Shown piece after piece: positions 11,761 to 25,659 of a stretch of 64,000 nt of DNA. How positions within the stretch are numbered: position 1 is the stretch's first letter; each line of letters opens with the position of its first letter. Below the pieces are notes generated by a model that worked only from the letters and a program-made list of their open reading frames with translations, had not been told where the DNA came from and ran no database searches. The position numbers and the translations under genes are program-made. Source of the DNA: Octopus sinensis (Eukaryota). The stretch spans positions 48,546,001 through 48,610,000 of the forward strand of contig NC_042998.1 of the NCBI RefSeq assembly GCF_006345805.1, in the 5' to 3' direction.

Positions 11761-12592
11761 GCATGGTGTTCTTTTCATCAAATAAACGCTTGCACTATAT
11801 ATTCGTTCTTCACTCGTTTATTAATGTTCTGTTGTCTATGCATGTATGTATAAAATTTCAGGTATATAGGTGTATATTGTATTGCAAACATGACTTTAAA
11901 GTAATTTTAGCGCTTTTGTTTATCCAATTTACCGATTTCCCTTTTTAGTGTATCATTGGGTACGTTTGTCTATGCTGACATCATTCATGTTTAAGAAAAG
12001 AAAAAAAACTTCGATCCAAGCTCGGTATGGTTATGTCTCATCATGTCTTGTCGGTATTCGTGCACCTTGTAACTTTTACTCTGAACAAGCCATTGTACGT
12101 GCCTAGTGTTGTATGACGTAACGGTTCGCTTCATCATTTATGTTTGAAACAACGCGTAAATCTATACGAATATGTATTTATCTATAATCTATGTTTTATA
12201 ATGTTGTAAATCACATAGCAACAGAACAAAAAAATAACATAACTTTCGAAAGCCAATATTGTTTATATGCGCAAATATACATGTAAGCATGTCTGTGAGT
12301 GTATGCATATGTGTGAGAATGAGTATGTGGGTGTGTGCGTGTGTGTGTACATGCGTGTGTGTGTGTGTGTATGTTTTGTGTGCGTGTGTGTGTGCATTTG
12401 TACATAATTTTTGATATGTCTACCATGGTTTATATAGCTAAGCATACAAATCACAAATTGCTTGTGTCTTTACATCTCTGTCAGTTTATACTCTTTTTCA
12501 GTGTGTAACATATATAGACATATATATTTATATTTATTTCACGTAGGTTACGTCTATGTCTCTTATATCTAATTACATACATACATATATAT

Positions 12593-12628
<36 letters not shown>

Positions 12629-12651
12629 TCTTACATGCATATATATATAAT

Positions 12652-12689
<38 letters not shown>

Positions 12690-12984
12690 TATATATTTCT
12701 CTGATACAAACTTCGTAAACTCCAATCACTCTTCCATTCCACCCTACCCGACGCCACTACCCAACTCCTCCACCACCCTTCTCCCCTCCGATAGGGCTCA
12801 TCACCCACACCTAACCCCCACTGCCCCTCCCTACAACCCCTTCTCCCCTCCGTTAGGCTCCATCCACTACCCCTAACCCTACCGCCCCGCCCAACCACCC
12901 CCACACACCTCCCCAATCCTCCCCCTCAGACCTCCACGAGACCTACCACCCCTCCTACTTCTATTCCAACCCACCCCTTCTCCA

Positions 12985-15166
12985 CTTCCGTCTGTTGTTA
13001 CCATTCCCCCCGATCTTCCCCTCTCTGCGGTGTGAACGCTCCGTCCTTGGTAGGGGTCTGCGTTTCCCCCTCACTCCATCCTGTAAGGAATCCAGACGCG
13101 AGTTGATGTCCACAGCTTTGTGCGCCGTGTCGGTTGGGTGCGCATTACCACGACTCGCCACCCACACCCCACGAAGAAGGAGGACGGCTGCTTCACTGGC
13201 CTCGGCCGCCGACCATCCCGTGGACGCCTGCCCTGGCCAGATCTAGCAGTGGATCTTTTCGCGGGCGCTTGCAGCGTGCATTGGAGCGGTTCAACTTCTC
13301 CAGGCGCCAACGCCGCCTCAAACATCTCCCCGGCTGAGCTCTTGGCTCTTCGTTCCCTCCAACGGCACGTGACATTATCATCAAACCGGCTGACAAGGGT
13401 GGAGCTGTAGTGGTGTGGCGCGCGGACCTCTATAGGGCCGAGGCTTTCCGCCAACTCAATGACACCTCCTTCTATTCCCCTCTGCCCTCTAACCCCACAC
13501 GTAGCTACACAGACGTATCCTCTACTGTCCAAGACCTCATCTCGTCCTCCCGTCTCCCCCGCACCGCATCCACCTAATTGTGCGAACCCCACGTACCCCC
13601 ACCATTTACTTCCTCCCCAAAATCCACAAACACCAACAACCCTGGCCGCCCCATCGTCTCCGCCTGTAACTGCCCCACGGAGCTCATCTCTAAATACCTC
13701 GACCGTGTCCTTGCCCCCTAGTGGCATCTCTCCCTCCCACATCCACGATCGATACCAACATGGCTCTCCGGCTTTCAACTCTTTCTCCTTTCCTCCCGGC
13801 TCCTCCAAAATCCTTTTACTATGGACATCCAAAGCTCTATACTGTTATCCCTCACCACGAAGGACTGCAGGCCCTTCGACACTTTCTTGACCTCCGCTCT
13901 AACCCTGTACCTGACACCTCCACACTCATTTGTCTGGCCGAATTTGTCCTACTCTGAACTGCTTCTCGTTCGCGGGCGAGAGTTCTACCATCAGATCTCG
14001 GGAGTGGCCATGGGAACGCGAATGGGCCCCAACTATGCGAACCTGTTCGTTGGCTATGTTGAGGCCCAAATATTCTCTAATTTCACTGGTCCCACTCCTG
14101 AACTATATGGTCGTTATATTGACGACATTATCGGTGCCACCCATCACTCTCCCGCGAACATCTAGATTCCTTCCTCTCTTTCGTTCCAATCTTTCCATCC
14201 AGGCCCTCCACTTCACTTCCACTATCTCCAACACCTCTGTCTCCTTCCTCGACATTTCGGTTAACATTCGTCACTCCACTCTTACCACCTCCATTCACTA
14301 CAAACACACAGACTCACACTCATACCTCAACTTCTCTTCCTCCACCCAGAACACACCAAGCTTTCCATCCCCTATTCCCAATTCCTCCGTTCTACGTAGG
14401 CTCTGTAGTGACGACCATGACTTTGAGACTCAGTCTCAACGTATGGCTCACCACTTCACCCTACGTGGATACCCCTCACCACTATCCACACCGCCCTTGC
14501 CAGAGCACGGTCCGTGGACCGTGTATCTGCTCTCTCTCCCCGAACCCGCCCTGTAGTCTCCCCCTTCTTTTCCCCTCACTTACAACCCCACGACCCTACG
14601 TCTCCAACGCACCATTCTTCGAGCTTTCCGTCATCTCCAGTCCGACCCGTCCACTTCACACCTCTTCCCTAACCGACCCCTCCCCCTCTTTCAAACGAGC
14701 CCACAACCTTCGAGACCTTTTGGTCCATAGCTCCTTCCCTGACCCTACCTCCCAACCCGGCTCGTTCCCTGCTCCCGCCCACGTTGCCGCACTTGCCCTT
14801 ACCTCTCCAACACCACCCGCCTCACTAGCACCCACCATCGACCTATCCATCATCCACTCCTTCACCTGCACCTCCAGCAATATTATATATGCATCTCTTG
14901 CTCTCTCTGCAATTCCTTGTAATCGGACAAACGGGACGCCGCTTGGCTGACCGGTTCGCGGAACACCTTCGTGACATCCACACTTGCGAACGACACATCG
15001 GTCTCACGCCATTTCCGCTCCACCGGTCACTCCTTGCAACACCTGTGTTCGGTTTGTCCTTACACAGAGGCCATCCGGATTCCCGTTTGCGCCGTGAACA
15101 GGAATTAATCTTCTCTCTTCGCTCTTATACGCCATTTGGTCTCAACTCTCCCCCCTCCTCATCTAA
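12985..15166 (+). pseudogene. PLE ORF: reverse transcriptase + GIY-YIG endonuclease, broken by many small frameshifts
   Basis: Track ORFs 12995, 13120, 13459, 13721, 13821, 13930, 14408 and 14889 tile one PLE polyprotein across frames; stop taa at 15164-15166. Confidence 0.92.
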
Positions 15167-15169
15167 CCT

Positions 15170-15460
15170 CACCCCCCCCTCCTCACCTATCCTTTCCCCC
15201 CGACCCTACTTCTTCCAGTCCTTCATCCTTCCAAACCTACTCCCTTCCATTTTCCCTCTTTCTCCCTCCCTCTTCCCCTTCCCTCTGCTCCCTCACTCCC
15301 TCTCTACCTTCTCTCTCCCCTCTCCCTCTTTCCTCCTTCATCCCCCTCCTCACTTCCTTCTCCCCCATCGTCTCTCTTTCCCCCTTCTCCTCCCCTCTTC
15401 TTCCCCTCCCCTTCCCCCCCTTCCCCCCCCCCTCTCCATCCCCCCTTCTCCTCACTACAC
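15170..15460. repeat. C/T-only polypyrimidine tract in the PLE 3' UTR
   Basis: almost no G on the plus strand. Confidence 0.9.
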
Positions 15461-15499
15461 CACATGACTTTACATATCACATCACATATGATGTGCAAT

Positions 15500-15835
15500 A
15501 ATACACACACCAACTAATACATACTAATACGTACTAATACATATAGTACATACTAATACTTACACCAACCCTATACATACACACGTCCAGACTCCGCATA
15601 CGCACTTTATACTCTCTCTCACACACCACACACACACCTATACATACCATACGTACTAATACATACTAATACATACTAATACATACACCAACCCCATACC
15701 ACGCACGTCCAGACCAATCTTACGCACTAATACTCTCTCCTACACACACCACACACACACACACACACCCTTATACATACTAATACATACACCAACCTAT
15801 ACATACACACATCCAGACCCTCCCACGCACTTTTA
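15500..15835 (+). repeat. higher-order tandem repeat (~120-130 bp units built on ATACTAATAC) in the PLE 3' UTR
   Basis: acaccaacc...cac(g/a)tccagac...cgcact recurs three times (about 15563, 15685, 15789), each preceded by ATACTAATAC copies. Confidence 0.8.
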
Positions 15836-16002
15836 GCTGGTCCCTCAACCCTTTTATCAACCCTATTATCTCCCCTTATTTTGCTCTCGCGTCTCATGTT
15901 TGATCTTTGACCTCTGGCCGAAATCAGATCGCCATGTTGATTCGTTAGCTACTGCACGCATTTTTTTTCTCTCCTTCTTTCTGTGTTTTTCTTCTCGGTG
16001 TA

Positions 16003-16041
16003 TCTTTCTGTTGAAGAGCGTAGGCTCGAAACTTTAAAGAC
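16003..16041 (+). ncRNA. minimal hammerhead-ribozyme-like motif, A6U core variant, cleavage region degenerate
   Basis: UCUUU-CUGUUGA-A-GAGC(GUAG)GCUC-GAAAC-UUU-AAAGA: stem I (5 bp), stem II (4 bp) and core present; matches the minimal HHR layout known from PLE terminal repeats. Confidence 0.65.
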
Positions 16042-16649
16042 TTGTTTTATTTTATTTCCTGAGCGCCATACTAATACAATTGTTCGTTTGTTTTTCCACC
16101 TGCCTTCGTCTTTTGTTTATTTCATAAAGCTTCCCGTTAATATATACATACATACATATATATACATATATGTATATACATATGTGGTGTGCGTGTGTTG
16201 TGTTTGTAAATGTTTATATATATATATATATTATATAATTATATAATTAATATATATATATATATACAATTATATAAATATATATGTGTTTGTGTGTGTG
16301 TATGAATTTCTATTCACAAATAATTATGTAAATTTTCAGTCTGTGAATGTTTTGTAAATGGTTTATAAATTTTAAATACGGTTATAAATACATTTTATAT
16401 TTTTCAAGTCAGAGAAAAATATAAGCATACGGTTTTATGCATATGCACACATACATTATATTATAATTTGCATACATATTATACACACAAACATGCATTA
16501 CATTATTATATAAATAATATATAAATATATGCAGATATATATACATATATGTACATACCTGTATATATATATATTATATATATATAATATATATATATAT
16601 AATATATATATATAATGCATATGCATATGTGGATACGGAAATCAAAACA

Positions 16650-17040
16650 AACGTGAACAAAAACGGAAACAAGAAGAAATAAGAAAAAACATAGAAAACG
16701 AACTTTTTCCGAACAACGAAAGAAACAAATAGAGAAACGAGACAGGTAACATAAAGAACATTCCCTTCATCAATTGTCCCCTGTTCTATCTACTCCGCGG
16801 TTCGAAGGTAGGGACAAGACGCGACTCGTTCAAACAATCCTTCCCGCAAAGCAATTTAAATACAATCTGGGATTTTTTACGGAGGGTTAATGTGGTAACA
16901 AAAATAGCTCAGTAAGAACAAAACAGTAAAAAGAAACGGTGAGGGGTGTTAAGCCAAGACGTTGTGAAGTGATGGACGCTGGAAAAACGAGCTTTGGAGA
17001 AGAGGGAGGTAAAAGTACGACTTGTCTTTAAGAAGGAAGT
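16650..17040 (-). mobile_element. Penelope-derived terminal / non-autonomous fragment (second family)
   Basis: aaagaacattcccttcatca...ctatctactcc is shared with 61950-62110; 16925-17030 resembles a decayed GIY-YIG C-terminal end. Confidence 0.55.
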
Positions 17041-19909
17041 GGAAGAATGAAAGATAGATAGCCGTTGGTCACGTGGGAGCAACGAAAGAGTCAAGGAGGA
17101 AGAGTGAAAGAGAGAGAGAGAGAGGAGGAGAGGAAACGGTGAAGGAAAGAGAAGAATAGAGAAAGGGTGGGTGAGAAAAACAGAAAGGAAGGAGAACAAG
17201 AGAGGGGGATAGATAGAAAGAATAGAGATAGAATAAGAGTGCACATCAGAATTAAGATAAAATTTACTTGGAAATGGATGCGTCGCGTTCGATCATATAA
17301 TAATATAAATAGTATATAAATGTATGCAGATATACATACATATATGTACATATCTATGTATACATATCTATGTATACATATCAGTGTGTATTTATGTATG
17401 TATGTATGTATGTATGTATGTATGTATGTATGTATGTATATGGGAATGAATGGATTTACAAGTATTTGTTTGTATGTGACAACGCATATAATTTAGGTGT
17501 TACATGTATTTCAATATACTACGGAATGCGAGCATTTGTTATTGAGAATAGAAATATATAGACTCATATACTTTTCTTTATTTTCGTTCTCCGTGTCTCC
17601 TTCACACTCTTTCTCTGACTCATTCTTTTTCTCACATTATCTCTGTTTTTCCAAGTCTCTCACCATTTCTATGTTAGATCATACTTGGGTGCCTCTGATA
17701 ATATGTAGTCCAAGACTTCCTGTCACATAGTCGGATCGCCGGCAAATATTATGGCACCCTTATCAGGTCAACTTGATGAAAAAGCAGGTAAGAAACTGGA
17801 GGACAAGAACGCAAGCCGCATGAACCGACACAAAGTCAAAAGCCATCCACCATTAATTTACCGTGTATAGTATAATTGTATTTGTGACCGTGTGCACAGT
17901 AAAATCACTTACATGATGGACACCAAGCTTTAGTCTCAAAACATCCGTTTAGGAGATAGAAAACTCGAAATCGAAATTTTTATAGTCTTGCGAGTAATAT
18001 TGCGGTATATGATTACCATTGACAGAGCATCAACTACGGGTCAAGTAGTGTTACTCTCTTGCGAGTGATAGGGATAGCAAAAGAAATATATAAAAGTGGT
18101 TACTGGTTAAATTCTGCCAAGTCTTAAGCAACTTCTGCAACCAATCTCATCTCCGGTCGCATGTTCATGTCTTGCTCGTCGCTGGATCTAAATGATTTTG
18201 AATAAGAGAGTTTGAGGGCGATGCAGCAGAAGTTCTGCTCTTATAAATTAGGCTACGCATCCTAGAACCACAAACAAACGGCGGACATTTCATTTCGGTG
18301 GTCAAGGTATCTCGTGCACCTTCGACAACGAATTACCGTTATTTCGTAATTTTTAGGGGCACAGGGAAAATGTAGTGTTGGCGGAAACAGTCGCGATTCT
18401 ACCACCCCTTACACAGCTGCGTAGTCGATATCCTGGTATTCATTGATCACCAATAGAAGCACATTACCATTGTTGTGTCTTCTCTAATACAAGTTTATAT
18501 TTCAGTTCCTTACATTTCTTCAATTTCAATGTTTTCCGAATGCTTTCCTAAATATTTTCATCCATTTTTTTCTCAAGATTTGTTTGATTCTTTTTTTTAA
18601 GCGAAATATTTGCGAGCCATTGTATTTACATGCATAAGAACTAACTTACCCCCAAAATCTACAACCCTTCACTTATTCATGATTCGCTGTGTCTCTCAAA
18701 ATTGCATTCATCTTAAAAACTAAGCATACGACAAATAATATAAAGTTTATTTTCATGACCTCTAACAGATTCAGGAAATACCAGAGGTTGCATGAATAAA
18801 AATAAATGGAAATTCGTCAAAAATGTTTATAATTTGTCTTTCCAAACAGCAAATAGTTTTATCACCAAGTTCCTGTTGTTTTTGATATTGAGTCATTTCC
18901 TCCATTTTCAGATGAATTTTGACACGGCACTGAGAGTTAAACTATAAGATGTCAGCTCTGACTAATATACACAGCAACTGTTTTTCGATGGGGCGGGAGG
19001 AAAGACACAAAAAGAGATGTCAAATTCTCACTTAATAACTATGACATTTCTTGCTTGTTTAAAAAAAAAGGAAAACAGATTATTTTGTTTTTATAAAATC
19101 TTTCAAAGGAATATATTTAGGCCTCCATGTTTGCTTTTGTGTATGTGTTTCTTTGTTTTAAGAATTTGTAAACAATGCACTGTATACGCGTAAAAAAAAG
19201 GAAAGCACTATTAAATGATTAGTTGATTCGATGAATTGGCTGCGTTTCCTAACTGTAAAAATTTCACTTCGGTCTCGTCAAATGTACCATTAACCAAAAA
19301 AAAGCAAGCTTTACAAATCCCAAAGACTTAAGAACCCTTTGCCATACTCCTTTACCAAACTAAAACTCTTCTCGTGTGATCTTCGTGAACAGTAGCAATT
19401 TATACCTAGGAATATAAATCATTTTTTCTTTTCTCTTCCAAAAAGCCCCCACTAGAAAGAGAGAGCATCGATTAATATACCAAAAGATGATATGAAGAAA
19501 CATTGAAACCACCAAAACTATATTAAAGCGTTTACGATTAAAAAATAAATTCGAAGTGAGTTTGAACATTGTGATTGAATACAGAAGCAGTTTTAAGTTG
19601 ATAGTAAGTCGTAATAAATCATTTCATTGCATATTGTTCTAAAATTAAAACAACAAAAGATTTATCTGAAAAACTCTGCAAAAAAAGGTTATTTTAACCG
19701 CCTTTCCGCTAACGAAGCAAAGACGCTGTCTTCAGAGAAAACTAATACGTAAGGGTATTTCACGTTTTATAATATAATTCAATCACTTTGTTATCGATTC
19801 ACAGAACACTTTGCTTAGCAACGATAAATTTCGTTTACCATCTAATAAAAGTAAAAATTGATGTAACGTGTCATTGTTCAATATTTGAAGAGCTTGTAGC
19901 TACTGATAT

Positions 19910-21000
<1,091 letters not shown>

Positions 21001-21004
21001 TGAG

Positions 21005-21230
<226 letters not shown>

Positions 21231-21674
21231 AAGTACTCAACACATTTCTATTTATTTATATCAACAGTTTGGTAAGTATGTTGTTACTGTTCGTTCAGAC
21301 GCTTGGTTTATAAAGACATGTCTTCTAGGGAAGACTAGTTGCATTTAGCTGTATCAGATCACATGAGTTGGTCTGTTAGTGATTGTTACAGACAATTTGT
21401 GGAGAAGAGCGACTATTGATAGCCGAATGCTACAATGTGAGACTGCTAATGGCAGGATTTAGTATTAACAACTAACGACTTCTATTATGTGGGAATCCAG
21501 TAACCGACTCCATCAGTAACCTAGCATTCAGGATTCAAAAGCTATCTTCAGCTACGTAATCCATTATGAGATCCGAACGAAATCTCTCTTTCAGTCAATG
21601 AAACCTTGTCACCGAAAACAAAGCATGCGAACAATCACGAGCGTTTTTCTCACTCTTCACTTTCACGATTTTTT

Positions 21675-21945
21675 AGCAAGCCGGGCAAAATGCTTAACAG
21701 CACTTCGTCCACCTTTACGCTATGAGTCCGAATTTTGCTGAGGTAGACTATGTCTGTCGTCCTTTCGAGGTCGACAAAATAAGTTTCAGTTGACCACTGG
21801 GGCCGATGTAATCAACTAGCCCCTACCCCGAAATTACTGGTTTAGCTCCACAATTTGAAATTATTATTGCTAAGTCGGTGCTCCGGCATGGCCGCAGTCA
21901 AATGGCTGAAACAAGTAAAAGAATAGAAGACTAAAAGAATATATA
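21675..21945 (+). mobile_element. SINE family B (decayed) followed by a family A tail fragment
   Basis: gccgggcaaaatgctt...cctttcgaggtcgacaaaataag...cgaaattactgg, then gcatggccgcagtcaaatggctgaaacaagtaaaaga. Confidence 0.82.
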
Positions 21946-23196
21946 TGTATGAAGCATCCCCTTCCTTTGAACAGCCATCCTTAAAAACTGAATGATTTTC
22001 AAATATAATTCTTTTTTTTTTTTTTTTTTATAGAATTTTCATATTTCCGTGTCATTACATTATGTTTAGTTTGAAACCGCTGCGCTCGTAAGCTCGTTGA
22101 TATTTCAAGACCTTCTGAGTAAAATTTACGCGTTACGCAGAAGGCAGAAAATGATCATGGGCATATTTGTCATAACCGATAAAATCGTTATCATCGGAAT
22201 TAAATTTAGTATACAATCGACCGCGTTAATTTTCATAGTGTATTCCATATGTAGTGCATCTGCGCGTTGAATTTTGTTACGTATTTCGATATTTATAAAT
22301 CTCCCGTTGTTAATATTCATGTTATTTTAGTGTTTTTTTTTCTGTTCGTTTTTTTTTTTTTTTTTTTTTTTTTACTAGAATTCTATATAAGATGTTAGTG
22401 CTATCAAGTAACGTTTTTCAATCAAGATTTGTTTCCTGCGCTGTATTGTAAATTATTGCAATGGCTTCATGCAAATGTATTGCCAACTGTCGAAAACTGT
22501 CATGTTTGTGTGTCCAGTGTAATTGTTTGTATCATGAAGTTTATAACTTACACGTTTGCTTTGAAATTTGCAAATTACGCTGGTTGTCCTAAGTAGGTTT
22601 TGTGGTTTGCAAGTTTATTGTTTCATGTTTATGAGACGTTATTTTTTTGTTCTAGCTGACTTTGTGTATATTCTACAAGTTTCTAGTTATGTTTGGTTTA
22701 CACGCACATACGAACGCGCGCACATACACACAAACACGAACACACACATTCACAAGCACCCATGCTTTGTTTTTTTACGACGCAATCATCCATTTTAAGA
22801 CTTAGGTACATTTCTTTCATGTTGTGTGCAGTATGTGTGGTCTCTGTTATTTCGCTGGTTGTTATATCTGCTGTATCTATGTTGGTCAATTTATCTTTTA
22901 TTGCTCTACAGATCGATCTACTAACTTTTTTTTTTCACTTTCGAAATTTCCTTATTTAAACCTTCTTTAGTCGATAAAATTTTTTAAAGCTTATAGTGGT
23001 TTTAGTACATGCCTTATATAAATATACACGACGTGGCTATGTGGTAAGAAGCTTGCATCGCAACCACATGGTTCCGGGTTCAGATCTACTGCATGGGACC
23101 TTGGATAAGTTTCTTCTACTTTAACTCCGGGCTGACAAAAGCCTTATGAGTGGATTTGGCTGACGGAAACTGAAAGAAGCTTGTCGTGTATATGTA

Positions 23197-23548
23197 AAAA
23201 AAGGGTAAAGGGTAAAGACCCCCTTCGGTCATGAGTGACCATGGGTTTTCACCTAGAGAGTTACCCTCTGAGGCACAAGTCTGGGCAAGGTTGTTTTATG
23301 GAAGACCAGTAGTCGCCCATGCATACCGGCCTCCCCTCTCCACGCCACCAGTGTTATCTAAGGAAAGACAAAGGTCGATACAGCTTGGCACCTGTGACGT
23401 CGCAACTCATTTCTACAGCTGAGTGAACTGGAGCAACGTGAAATAAAGTGCCTTGCTCAAGAACACAACACGCAGCCCGGTCCGGGATTCGAGCTCACAA
23501 CCTCACGATCGTAAGCTCGACGCTCTAACCACTGAGCCATGCGCCTCC
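23197..23548 (-). mobile_element. SINE family C, full length (left arm of the foldback dimer)
   Basis: tRNA-like head ggaggcgcatggctcagtggttagagc...tcgaatccc; (TTTACCC)2 tail facing left. Confidence 0.92.
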
Positions 23549-23551
23549 ACT

Positions 23552-23854
23552 TGAGGTTGTGAGCTCGAATCCCGGACCGGGCTGCGTGTTGTGTTCTTGA
23601 GCAAGGCACTTTATTTCACGTTGCACCAGTTCACTCAGCTGTAGAAATGAGTTGCGACGTCACTGGTGCCAAGCTGTATCGACCTTTGTCTTTCCCTTGG
23701 ATAACACTGGTGGCGTGGAGAGGGGAGGCTGGTATGCATGGGCGACTGCTGGTCTTCCATAAACAACCTTGCCCGGACTTGTGTCTAGGAGGGTAACTTT
23801 CTAGGTGCAATCCCATGGTCATTCATGACCGAAGGGGGTCTTTACCCTTTACCC
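23552..23854 (+). mobile_element. SINE family C lacking 43 nt of the 5' end (right arm of the foldback dimer)
   Basis: Reverse complement of 23203-23505 with 15 differences by manual alignment; (TTTACCC)2 tail facing right. Confidence 0.92.
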
Positions 23855-24099
23855 GTGTATATGTATATATATATATATACGTGTGTGTGTCTTTTTGTCG
23901 GTGTTTGTACCCCACCGATGGTTGACATCAAATGTTGGTGTGTTTACGTCCGCGTAACTTAGTGGTTCGGCAAAAGTTACCGATAAATAAGTACTGAGGT
24001 CGACTTTATTCGATTAAAAGATTCTCCATGGTGGTGCCCCAACATAGTCGCAGTATGATAACTGAAACAAGTAACGATAAAAAAATAAATGACATATAC

Positions 24100-24712
<613 letters not shown>

Positions 24713-24761
24713 TCACACACACACATAAATGTATGTATATAAATATTTGTGTGTATTCTTA

Positions 24762-25659
24762 TATTTGCTTCAGTCATGTGACTGCAGCCATTCTGGAGCA
24801 AAGCCATAAGGGATTTTAGTCGAACAAATCGACGCCAGAACTTATTCTTTGTAAGCCCAGTACTTATTCTATCGGCCTGTTTTGTCGAACCAATAAGTTA
24901 CGGGGACGTAAACACACCAACACCGGTTGTCGAGTGGTGATTAGTTAGTTAGTTCATTTTTTGGCTCAAAAAGCAAAAAGCAAGGCCATGTAGGGGGACA
25001 TGGAGTTATGTACAGGGTGGTTTCATGTAAAGAGTTCAGGCCACTTGAGGTCAATGGAGTCTTTGAACCGAGCGGTCGTCGGCATCTTCACCATCTCGTC
25101 TGGCAGCTTATTCCACGGATCCGCAAACCGGACGGAGAAAGCCCCTCTCCTTCGACTGAGATGAAATCGTCGCAGATAGAGCTTTTCGGAATGACCCCGC
25201 AGCCGATGCTCTGGAGCAGGAGTGAAGAACAGCTCTTTCGAGAGGTTACACTTTCCGCTTATGATGTTGTGAGCAAGAATGAGATCTCCACGGCGTCGTC
25301 GTTTTTCTAGAGAATAAAGGTCGAGTGTCTTCAGCCTTTCTTCATAAGACAAATTCTTGAGACCAAGAACCATGCGGGTAGCCAGCTTCTGGACTCTTTC
25401 GAGATGCTGTATGTCTTTGAGGAGATAAGGAGAAGAGGCTTGAATCCCGTACTCCAATATGGGTCTCACCAGCGTGACATAGAGCGGTAGGAATATGGCT
25501 GCTGTGAACATTCCGAATGACCGTCGAATCAAGAACAGAATTCCGCGTGCTTTGTTGGCAGCATGGACGCACTGGGCCGAAGGCGAAAAGGAGGAATCCA
25601 CCAAGATACCCAGGTCCTTTACCTGATCGGTCCTCTCCAGCAGGGACGGAAAAATACAG

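Larger units (their letters stand above)
12697..16138 (+). mobile_element. Penelope-like element (PLE; RT + GIY-YIG), 5'-truncated, embedded in (TA)n
   Basis: Ordered PLE motifs: ERSVLGRGLRF, IIIKPADKGGAVVV (DKGG 13392), LPKIHK, GRPIVS, MDI-SLYT, GVAMGT, YIDD (14115), FLDI, SIPYSQ, C-C-C, NIIY...IGQTGR...RFAEH (14878-14960); 3' UTR and terminal hammerhead-like motif. Confidence 0.95.
23033..24080 (+). mobile_element. SINE family A interrupted at its internal microsatellite by a foldback SINE-C dimer
   Basis: Head half 23033-23196, tail half 23855-24080; TSD cgtgtatatgta at 23185-23196 and 23854-23865. Confidence 0.9.

Noticed and set aside
12810-12885. cctaaccc / ccctaaccct resembling telomeric (CCCTAA)n at the PLE 5' end
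   Set aside because: Only isolated single units in a C-rich tract; no tandem array, so no support for a telomere-associated PLE.
13071-13832. 253-aa minus-strand ORF and other G/E/R-rich antisense ORFs over the PLE
   Set aside because: Antisense shadow of the C-rich PLE ORF; no independent motifs.
17709-17787. Possible plus-strand exon MAPLSGQLDEKA with a strong CAG|GTAAGA donor
   Set aside because: Poor acceptor, no recognisable protein and no partner exon; it could equally be an RTE remnant. Needs RNA-seq.
23506-23580. tRNA-like sequences (also the heads of SINE A, B and D)
   Set aside because: A/B boxes are present, but they run into SINE bodies and lack a complete acceptor stem; these are SINE heads, not tRNA genes.
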